From: Kofleriaceae bacterium
GTDB lineage: Bacteria > Myxococcota_A > Polyangia > Haliangiales > Haliangiaceae
Length of the DNA: 23,721 nt
Direction: 5' to 3'
NCBI GenBank assembly: GCA_046597055.1
Contig: JBKJLC010000136.1
Location: forward strand, 1-23,721
In this document: one piece after another, positions 16,970-23,721 of the stretch
How positions within the stretch are numbered: the first letter of the stretch is position 1
Layout of the letters: the number at the start of each line of letters is the position of its first letter
Notes under the pieces: model-generated
What the model was told of the DNA's origin: nothing
What the model saw: the letters and a program-made list of their open reading frames with translations, nothing else
Database searches by the model: none
Made by a program: the position numbers and the translations under genes

Positions 16970-18898
16970 CTACTCGTGCGTCAGCGGAGTCAGCGGCCGC
17001 ACGCCATCGGGCAGCGGCGAGGTCGCGGCCCGGCCCGGCGTCGTCCGCGCCCGCGAGCGCACGCGCTGCCCCGCCATGCGGATGATCAGCGTGCGGAGTT
17101 CCTCGGGATGGAACGGCTTATCGAGCCTCGGGTTGCCGATCTCGGCGAGGAAGCGCTCGGCGCGCGAGGTGAATGCACCACCGGTCATGAACACGAAGCG
17201 TTCGACCAGCTCGGGCTCGACCGGCCTGAGCCACTCGTAGACGTCGGCGCCCGACAGCTCCGGCATCATCAGGTCGCACAGGACGACGTCGAACTCGGGA
17301 TCGCGGCGCAGGATCTCGAGCGCCTCGCGGCCGCTGCCCGCGACCACGACGTCGTGGTCCTCGAGTTCGAGCGCGACCGCGGCGGCGACCGGGCGATCGT
17401 CATCGACGATCAGGATGCGGCAGCGCGGGGCGGCGCCGCTGGCCGCGGCCTCGGCCGGGGTCGACACCGCGGCGACCGGCTGGGCCGCCGGCGGCAGCAC
17501 CACCGTGACGCGGGTGCCGCGGCCGACCTCGCTCTCGGCGGCGATGGTCCCGTGCATCGCGGTGATCGTGTCCTTGCACACCGACAGGCCGAGGCCGAGC
17601 CCCTGCCCGCGCGGTCGGGTGGTGAAGAACGGCTCGAAGATGCGCGGCAGATCGGACGCCGGGATGCCGGCGCCGGTATCGCTGATCTCGACCACCGCGT
17701 TGCCCGCCTCGTCCGTGAAGGTGGCGACCCGGACCTCGCCGCGGCCGGTCGGGCCCTCGTCGATCGACTGGGCTGCGTTGAGCAGCAGGTTCAGGAAGAC
17801 CTGCCGCAGCTCGGGCTCCTTGCCCCGGACGTGCGGCACCACCTCGAGGTCGCAGACCAGGCGCGCGCGGTGCTGCACCTCGTGGGCGGCGATCCCGACC
17901 ACCGCCTGCACGATCGCGTGGAGATCGGTCGGCGCCTCGGATACGTCCTCGGCGCGGGCGAACGCGCGCAGCTCGTTGGTGATGTGCTCGACGCGGCCAA
18001 GGCCCTCGCGCGCCTCCTGCAGCATCTCGAGCCGGTGCATGCGGGCCGGTGTCATCGGGCGCTGGGCCAGCTCGAAGCTGGCCAGCCGGGCCAGGCTGAG
18101 CCGGGTCGAGGTCAGCGCGTTGTTGATCTGGTTGGCGATACCACCGGCGAGCGAGCCGAGCACCGCGAGCCGCTCGGCGTCCAGCAGGCGCGCCTCCGAC
18201 TGGCGCAGGGTCAGCTCGGTCTCCTTGTGGATCGTGACGTCGAGCAGCGCGCCGACGATGCCGACGACGCCGCCGCTGCCGCCGATCACCGGCTCGTAGC
18301 GCGCCTCGAAGTACTGGTTGCCGACCTGGATCGTCGCGGTGTGCTCGCGACCGGCGAGCGCCAGCCGGCACGAGCTGAGCAGCTCGGGGAGGTGCTGGCA
18401 CACGTCGAAGACCGACTTGCCGAGCAGCTGGCGGTCGACGACGTCGCGGGCGAGCGTGGCGACCGCGTCACGGCCCTCGACCGACGTGAAGCGGCCGTCG
18501 TCGTCGAGCCCGAACAGGATGACGGGCGCGTGAGACAACACCGTGCGCAGGCGCCCGGCGGCATCGCGCAGTGTCCGGTCGGCCGTGATGTCATGGGCCG
18601 CACACAGAAATCCGCCGTCGCTGATGGCGACCGCGTTCCAGTCGACCCATCGATAGGTCCCGTCGTGGCGGCGGAGCCGGACCTGCACGTGCGAGGGACC
18701 GACGGCCGTCCGGGCCAGCGCAGCGTCGTAGATCAGCTGATCTAGCGAGCGTCCGACCAGCTCGCTGGCCGCGAAACCGAGCAGGCGCGCCAGCTCGGGA
18801 CTCGCCGCGCGGCAACGTTCGTCGGGTCCCAGGAGGCACAGCAGCCCGGGAGCGTGGGCGACGACGGCAGCTACCGTCGAATCGTCAGCCGATCGCAT
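16970..18898 (-). CDS. Hybrid sensor kinase PAS-PAS-HisKA-HATPase-REC lacking the phospho-acceptor His (pseudokinase)
   Basis: Two PAS-like regions. The H-box reads LAGGIANQINNAL. N box QVFLNLLLNA, G1 DTGAGI, F box IFEPFFTT, G2 GLGLGLS. The REC domain has LIVDDD, VLCDLMMP, FMTG and LDKP. Confidence 0.9.
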   Translation of the reverse strand: MRSADDSTVAAVVAHAPGLLCLLGPDERCRAASPELARLLGFAASELVGRSLDQLIYDAALARTAVGPSHVQVRLRRHDGTYRWVDWNAVAISDGGFLCAAHDITADRTLRDAAGRLRTVLSHAPVILFGLDDDGRFTSVEGRDAVATLARDVVDRQLLGKSVFDVCQHLPELLSSCRLALAGREHTATIQVGNQYFEARYEPVIGGSGGVVGIVGALLDVTIHKETELTLRQSEARLLDAERLAVLGSLAGGIANQINNALTSTRLSLARLASFELAQRPMTPARMHRLEMLQEAREGLGRVEHITNELRAFARAEDVSEAPTDLHAIVQAVVGIAAHEVQHRARLVCDLEVVPHVRGKEPELRQVFLNLLLNAAQSIDEGPTGRGEVRVATFTDEAGNAVVEISDTGAGIPASDLPRIFEPFFTTRPRGQGLGLGLSVCKDTITAMHGTIAAESEVGRGTRVTVVLPPAAQPVAAVSTPAEAAASGAAPRCRILIVDDDRPVAAAVALELEDHDVVVAGSGREALEILRRDPEFDVVLCDLMMPELSGADVYEWLRPVEPELVERFVFMTGGAFTSRAERFLAEIGNPRLDKPFHPEELRTLIIRMAGQRVRSRARTTPGRAATSPLPDGVRPLTPLTHE

Positions 18899-18911
18899 TG
18901 TCCTACCACGA

Positions 18912-18927
18912 TGCACCTAACGCGCCA
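18912..18927 (-). promoter_or_regulatory. Putative sigma54 -24/-12 promoter
   Basis: Minus strand TGGCGCG-TTAG-GTGCA, followed by 13 nt and ATG 18898. Confidence 0.6.
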
Positions 18928-19065
18928 TCGGGCTGGCGTCGTGGACCCACCGAACCGTTCGGAGAGAGGCTGGCCCGGTCGCCGCCGGAGCCGCGCGCGC
19001 ACGGCACAACGGCGCGCTGTCGTTCCTTGCCAGGGCCGCTAAGGTGGCGGGATGAACGAGGTGAC

Positions 19066-20670
19066 ATGACCAGCTCGTCCGCCAACGCCGATCCGCTCGC
19101 CGAGCACCGTCCGCCGGCCCGGGTCCTGCTCATCGAAGACGACAGCGAGCTGCGCGAGGCGATCGCGGACGCGCTGTCCGCGCGTGGCCTGGAGGTGGTC
19201 GCCGTCGACGACGGCCAGGAAGGCCTGCGCCAGATGCGGCAGAGCCAGCCGGATGTCGTGGTGCTCGACCTGATGATGCCGGGCATGGATGGATGGCAGT
19301 TCCGCGTCCAGCAGAGAGCGGACCCGTCGCTGGCAAACACGCCCGTGGTCGCGATGTCGGCGAGCCAGAGCCCTGCCGCGGCGGCGGTCGACGCCGATCT
19401 GTTCCTGCCCAAGCCGTGCAGCGTCGCGTCGATCGTCAACGCGATCGACGAGGTGCTCGGGCAGCGCCGGCGCCGCGAGGAGCCGGCCCGCATCGCGCAG
19501 GCCGAGCGCATGGCGTCGCTGGGCACGCTGGCAGCCGGGGTCGTGCACGAGATCAACAATCCGCTGACGTACGTGCTGCTGCATCTCAACCACGCGCTGC
19601 GCACGCTGCCCGGGCTGGTGACCGAGCCGAACCAGCGCAAGGTCGAGCAGCTCATCGCGCTGCTGACCAGCGCGCGCGAGGGCGCCGAGCGCATCCGGGA
19701 GATCACTCGCGGCATCCGCAGCTTCTCGCGGGTCGAGGAGCGACCGCGCACGACGCTCGACGTGCGCGAGCCGCTCGACGCCGCGCTGCAGTTGATCGCC
19801 AACGATCTGCGCCACCGCGCGCAGGTGGTCCGCATCGATCGCGGGACGCCGTTCGTGGCCGCCGACGAGGGCCGGCTGGCGCAGGTGTTCCTGAACCTGC
19901 TGACGAACGCGGTGCAGGCGCTGCCCGAGGCGACCGCGCATGCGCACGAGATCCGGGTGACGTCGTTCACCGACGAGGCCGGGCGCGCGGTGATCGAGAT
20001 CCGCGACACCGGGCACGGGATCCCGCCGCACCTGCTCAATCACATCTTCGAGCCGTTCTTCACCACCAAGCCCGTCGGTCAAGGCACCGGGCTCGGGCTG
20101 TCGATCAGCCACGGCATCGTCCGCTCGCTCGGGGGCGAGATCCGGGTCGAGAGCGAGGTCGGGCGCGGGACGACGTTCCGGGTCGTGCTGCCGGCCGCGA
20201 CGCGACGGGCGCCGACCGGGGACAGCGGCGAGCTGGCGGCCGCGGCCGGCGTCGCGGTCGCGGCGGTTGGCGTCCGGGTCGGGGTCGATGCACCTGCGCG
20301 GCGGGTGCTCGTGATCGACAGTGATCCGGCGACCGCGGCCGGGCTGAGCGGGGGACGGGGCGGCGCCGGCGGCGCCGGGCTCGAGGTGGTGTCGGCGGCG
20401 GGGGCGCGACAGGCGGCGGATCTGCTCGTGGGCGGGACCTTCGAGGCGGTGCTGTGCGAGCTGCGACTGGCAGGTGGCGTCTCGGGGATCGAGGTGTATC
20501 AGCGGCTGCGGGCGGCGCAGCCGCGGCTCGCGGAGCGGGTGGTGTTTCTGGCGGGTGCGCCGCTGAGCGAGGAGGAGCGCGGGTGGATCCGGGCGGGGGG
20601 GCATCGGGTGCTCGAGAAGCCGGTGGACGCCGGGGGGCTGCAGGCGGTGCTCACCGCGATGGCGAGCTAG
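19066..20670 (+). CDS. Hybrid histidine kinase REC-HisKA-HATPase-pseudoREC
   Basis: GAGGTGA RBS. Intact N-terminal REC (LLIEDD, VLDLMMP, MSA, LPKP) and intact H-box AGVVHEINNPL; N/G1/F/G2 boxes present. The C-terminal REC is degenerate (VIDSD, VLCELRL, FLAG). Confidence 0.92.
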   Translation: MTSSSANADPLAEHRPPARVLLIEDDSELREAIADALSARGLEVVAVDDGQEGLRQMRQSQPDVVVLDLMMPGMDGWQFRVQQRADPSLANTPVVAMSASQSPAAAAVDADLFLPKPCSVASIVNAIDEVLGQRRRREEPARIAQAERMASLGTLAAGVVHEINNPLTYVLLHLNHALRTLPGLVTEPNQRKVEQLIALLTSAREGAERIREITRGIRSFSRVEERPRTTLDVREPLDAALQLIANDLRHRAQVVRIDRGTPFVAADEGRLAQVFLNLLTNAVQALPEATAHAHEIRVTSFTDEAGRAVIEIRDTGHGIPPHLLNHIFEPFFTTKPVGQGTGLGLSISHGIVRSLGGEIRVESEVGRGTTFRVVLPAATRRAPTGDSGELAAAAGVAVAAVGVRVGVDAPARRVLVIDSDPATAAGLSGGRGGAGGAGLEVVSAAGARQAADLLVGGTFEAVLCELRLAGGVSGIEVYQRLRAAQPRLAERVVFLAGAPLSEEERGWIRAGGHRVLEKPVDAGGLQAVLTAMAS

Positions 20671-20745
20671 GCCCACTGCCGAGCCGGTGGGGCGTCACGC
20701 GTCGATCGCGCGTCGGCTCCGAGCGCCCGGGCCGGGACCGCGCAA

Positions 20746-20759
20746 CGCCCCGAAGGGCG
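20746..20759. terminator. Short GC hairpin between convergent genes (possible terminator element)
   Basis: CGCCC-CGAA-GGGCG; no U-tract. Confidence 0.25.
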
Positions 20760-20779
20760 ACACCGTTCCCGCGAGCTGC

Positions 20780-21547
20780 TCAGCTCTTGCTCGGAGGCGG
20801 CTCGTCGAAGAAGTCCACCTTGCCGGTGTCGAGATCGTAGTACGCGCCGACGACCTGCAGCTTGCCCTGCCGCTGTGGATCGAGCAGCATCGGCTCGGCC
20901 GCGGTGCGCAGCTGGCGCGTGACGCGGCGGACGTTCTCGCGGACCGCATTGTCGAGCAGATTGCCGCGCTGCGTTCGCGCCCGCAGCACGGCGGGGATGA
21001 TCGGTTCGATCATCTTGCCGATGCTGCCGGGATAGACCGCGTTCTTCTCGACGACGGCCACCGCGGCCTTCACGGCGCCGCAGCGTTCGTGGCCCATCAC
21101 GACGACGAGCGGCACGCCGAGCTCTGCGACCGCGAACTCGATGCTGCCCATCGCGGTCGTGTCGACGGTGTTGCCGGCGTTGCGGACGATGAACATCTCG
21201 CCGAGCCCGAGTCCGAACAGCAGCTCGGGCGGGACGCGCGAGTCAGAGCACGAGACGTACGCCACGAACGGCGTCTGTGTCTTCGCGATCGCGAGGCGCC
21301 GCTTGCCGTCGATCTGCTCGGTGACCGGCTGCCCTGACACGAACCTCGCGTTGCCATCTCGGAGCAGCTGCAGCGCCTGCGTCGGCGTCTGGGGGCGGGT
21401 GGACGCCGGCACGGCTCCGGGTGCGGGTGCCGGTGGTGGTGGTGTGGTGGGGGGCTTCACGGGCGGCGCCGCGGTGGCCGATCGCGCCAGCACCGGCGCG
21501 ATCACCCCGGCCGCGGCGGCGCCGAGAAATGCTCGTCGAGTCGTCAT
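20780..21547 (-). CDS. Beta-class carbonic anhydrase with Tat signal peptide
   Basis: MTTRRAFLG twin-arginine motif and a Pro-rich linker; L..GNARF, CSDSRV, RNAGN, GSIEFAV, GHERCGAV and GAYYDLDTGKV. Confidence 0.95.
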   Translation of the reverse strand: MTTRRAFLGAAAAGVIAPVLARSATAAPPVKPPTTPPPPAPAPGAVPASTRPQTPTQALQLLRDGNARFVSGQPVTEQIDGKRRLAIAKTQTPFVAYVSCSDSRVPPELLFGLGLGEMFIVRNAGNTVDTTAMGSIEFAVAELGVPLVVVMGHERCGAVKAAVAVVEKNAVYPGSIGKMIEPIIPAVLRARTQRGNLLDNAVRENVRRVTRQLRTAAEPMLLDPQRQGKLQVVGAYYDLDTGKVDFFDEPPPSKS

Positions 21548-21619
21548 CTTGTTCGGGTAGCACGTTGATCGCATCCGCACAGCCGCCGAGACGCGCGCTC
21601 GCGAGGGCTGATACCGGCG

Positions 21620-22462
21620 GTGGCGGCGTCGCGCTCCGGCAAGCGGCGCGGCTCGACGCCGGCAGCGGCAGCGGCAGCGGCACCGGCACCGGCACCGGCA
21701 GCGGCACCGGCAGCGGCAGCGGCACCGGCACCGGCACCGGCACCGGCACCGGCACCGGCATCGGTTTCCCGTTCCTCCATCAGCGAGCCGCGATCTACGA
21801 GCGGCTCCAAGAGAGTCTCCGAGCTCGGCGCGCTCTCCCCTTCGATTGCGGCTCCTCCGCGCAGGAGCGACAAGCTCCGCCTCTTCCTCGCGGGGCTCGT
21901 CGGCGCTCTCCTCGCCTCCGTGGTGTTCCTCACCATCGAGCTCTTGCGTCCCCCGCGTGAGGCCGCCATCCCGCCTCCCCCCAAGAACCTGCTCGCCGTG
22001 CCGACCACGCCCGGCGTCCCCTTCGATCCCGACGACCCGCCCGGTGCCGCCTCCGCTCCCGGTCAGCCCGGCGCCGGCGCTGGGCAAGGCCTCGGCGGCA
22101 TCTTCGGGCAATTGCAGCAACAGATGCAGCAGGCCTTCAAGGGCTTCGGGCGCGGCGGCGCCGGCGGGCCCAACACCTTTTCGTTCCGCCTCGGCGGCGA
22201 CGACGCCGACCTCGACGTGCAGGAAGACCCCGACTCCGTGATCGTCGTCGCCAAGGTCAAGGGCGCCATCGCGGAGAAGTTCGACATCCAGGTGGACGGG
22301 CGCATGTTCACGCTGCGCGGCGAGCGGCGCATCGGCGGCGGCGCCATGACTGGCACCATGAGCTTCTCGAAGAGCGTCTCCTTGCCCTCCGAAGTCGACG
22401 TGTCGAAGATGATCAGCGAAGTGAAGGACGGCGAGCTGCGCGTCCGTTTCCCCAAGAAATGA
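21620..22462 (+). CDS. Hsp20/alpha-crystallin domain protein with a single transmembrane helix (start uncertain)
   Basis: TM segment LFLAGLVGALLASVVFLTI. C-terminal LDVQEDPDSVIVVAKVKG...DIQVDGRMFTLRGER...SFSKSVSLPSEVD....SEVKDGELRVRFPK. The only candidate start upstream of the repeat in the ORF track is GTG 21620; an in-frame TGA lies at 21566. Confidence 0.75.
   Translation: MAASRSGKRRGSTPAAAAAAAPAPAPAAAPAAAAAPAPAPAPAPAPASVSRSSISEPRSTSGSKRVSELGALSPSIAAPPRRSDKLRLFLAGLVGALLASVVFLTIELLRPPREAAIPPPPKNLLAVPTTPGVPFDPDDPPGAASAPGQPGAGAGQGLGGIFGQLQQQMQQAFKGFGRGGAGGPNTFSFRLGGDDADLDVQEDPDSVIVVAKVKGAIAEKFDIQVDGRMFTLRGERRIGGGAMTGTMSFSKSVSLPSEVDVSKMISEVKDGELRVRFPKK
21661..21762. repeat. Hexanucleotide tandem repeat (GGCASC)16 plus GGCATC
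   Basis: Direct reading: 17 consecutive units of GGCAGC/GGCACC/GGCATC. Confidence 0.95.
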
Positions 22463-23721
22463 GGATGCTCTTCATGCGCTCTCCCGCCGCGCTACCCATC
22501 TCGCTTGCGCTCGCGCTCGCGCTCGCGCCGACGCTGGCGTGCAAATCGAAGAGCCCCGCCGCCGCCGCCGATGCGGGAGCGGGTCCCGCGGCGCTGCGCG
22601 TGGCGCCGCCTCCTCCTCCCGCCGCGATCCCTGGCGCGTTCGTCGTCGGGAAAACGCGCCAGGCGCCGCAGCCGCTCGCGGAGTACTTCAAGATCAAGCG
22701 CGTGCGCGGGGCGACCTTCTCGCACGACGAGACGCTCTTCGCGTACGAGAGCGACGCGGGCGGGCGCATGGACCTCTGGGTCAAGCCGGTCGCGGGCGGC
22801 GAGGCGCGCCAGCTCACCAGGACGACGGGCTACATCCACTCGTTCTCGTTCTCGCCGACCGCGGATCAGCTCGCCTACGAGGCCGATCAGGGCGGCGAGG
22901 AGCTGCCGCACCTCTACCTCACCTCGAGCAAGGGAGAGCCGGGCGTCGATCTCACCGCCGGCGATCCGAAACACGCGCGCACGCAGTTCCTGCGCTGGTC
23001 GGAGGACGGCAAGAAGATCCTCTACCTGTCGTCGCGCCGCGATGCGAAGTTCCTCGACCTTTACGAGCTGGACGTCGCGACGAAGAAGTCGGAGCTGCTC
23101 TGGGAGGCGACCGAGAAGCGCAATCTCGAGCTGGCCAGCCGCGATCATCAGAGGTTCATCCTCGCGGAGACGCTCTCCGACGCGAACTTCAACCTCTACC
23201 TTTGGGAGCGCGCGACGAAGGCCGAGGTCCTGCTGACGCCGCACCGCGGCGAGGTGATGTTCGGCGCCGCCGCCTTCTCCCAGGACGGCACCAAGCTCTA
23301 CTTCACGAGCGACGAGGCGTCGGAGCAGAGCTCGCTGCACCTCATGGATCTGAAGACGCGGCAGCACAAACCGATCCTCAAGGCGCAGTGGGACGTCGAT
23401 CGCGCGATGGTGTCACGCACCGGCCGCTACCTCGTCACCGTGACCAACGCCGACGGTACGCCGCAGATCACCTTCGAGGACCTCAACGGGCAGATCCCGC
23501 TGCGCCTCCCGACACCGCCCGAAGGCGGCGTGCTCGTGCCGCTCACCTTCTCGAAGAACGATCGCTACGTCGCCGCGAACCTCGTGTCCGACACGGCGCC
23601 CGCGACGCTCTACGTCATCGACGTCGCGGCCTTAACCGCGTCGCAGCGCGCCGTGCCCACGCCAGCGAAGGGAAAGACCGCGCCGGCGCCGGCGCGGTCT
23701 TTCCCTTCGCTGGCGTGGGCA
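22459..23721 (+). CDS. Lipoprotein with TolB/WD40-like beta-propeller, probable S9-family peptidase N-terminus (runs off the window)
   Basis: Not in the ORF track because it has no stop. In-frame ATGs at 22459 (ATGA overlap), 22465 and 22474; lipobox PTLAC. Propeller blades ATFSHDETLFAYESDAGGRMDLW, GGEARQLT, FSFSPTADQLAYEADQGGEELPHLY, WSEDGKKILYLSSRRD, FSQDGTKLYFTSD. The catalytic domain is not in the window. Confidence 0.8.
   Translation, partial: MRMLFMRSPAALPISLALALALAPTLACKSKSPAAAADAGAGPAALRVAPPPPPAAIPGAFVVGKTRQAPQPLAEYFKIKRVRGATFSHDETLFAYESDAGGRMDLWVKPVAGGEARQLTRTTGYIHSFSFSPTADQLAYEADQGGEELPHLYLTSSKGEPGVDLTAGDPKHARTQFLRWSEDGKKILYLSSRRDAKFLDLYELDVATKKSELLWEATEKRNLELASRDHQRFILAETLSDANFNLYLWERATKAEVLLTPHRGEVMFGAAAFSQDGTKLYFTSDEASEQSSLHLMDLKTRQHKPILKAQWDVDRAMVSRTGRYLVTVTNADGTPQITFEDLNGQIPLRLPTPPEGGVLVPLTFSKNDRYVAANLVSDTAPATLYVIDVAALTASQRAVPTPAKGKTAPAPARSFPSLAWA
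23654..23721. repeat. Perfect 68-bp palindrome (34-bp arms, no loop) reaching the last base of the window
   Basis: TGCCCACGCCAGCGAAGGGAAAGACCGCGCCGGC followed immediately by its exact reverse complement; centre at 23687/23688. Confidence 0.95.

Noticed and set aside
20270..20670. G-rich codon skew at the 3' end of kinase B as a sign of foreign DNA
   Set aside because: The frame stays intact and still encodes a receiver fold; a similar skew is seen in the DUF222 gene, so it looks like local drift.
21548..22120. (Cys-Arg)n N-terminal extension of the carbonic anhydrase ORF, suggesting a metal-binding tract
   Set aside because: It is only the reverse reading of the GGCASC repeat; the Tat signal fixes the real start at 21547.
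1..23721. CRISPR array, tRNA/rRNA, transposase or integrase
   Set aside because: No spaced direct repeats, RNA-gene signatures or recombinase motifs were seen; the repeats found are intragenic or simple tandem.

Overview
Very GC-rich window of myxobacterial type (Myxococcota; gene content and style resemble Kofleriaceae/Haliangiales, which is an inference) with about 20 genes. Left to right: the truncated start of a DUF222/HNH-type gene; a minus-strand cluster of lipoprotein, secreted repeat fibre/adhesin, Cys-repeat lipoprotein, STT3-like GT-C membrane glycosyltransferase and polyprenyl-phosphate GT2; a double-DUF4388 protein; a triple-parvulin lipoprotein; a putative immunity-domain fusion followed by an orphan contractile-injection-system tube gene; a Ser/Thr kinase-STAND ATPase-TPR protein and an LRR protein; several small genes behind sigma54-type boxes; a formaldehyde-dehydrogenase gene remnant; two divergent hybrid histidine kinases; a Tat-exported beta-carbonic anhydrase; a hexamer repeat; a membrane-anchored Hsp20; and an S9-type propeller lipoprotein ending in a 68-bp perfect palindrome at the window edge. 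The best leads are (1) a possible fibre-dedicated protein-glycosylation locus, (2) a kinase pair with complementary dead phospho-sites, (3) five sigma54 boxes 12-13 nt from an ATG, implying leaderless sigma54 transcripts, and (4) the orphan CIS tube with its immunity-like neighbour. All family calls come from reading motifs by eye; no database search was run.
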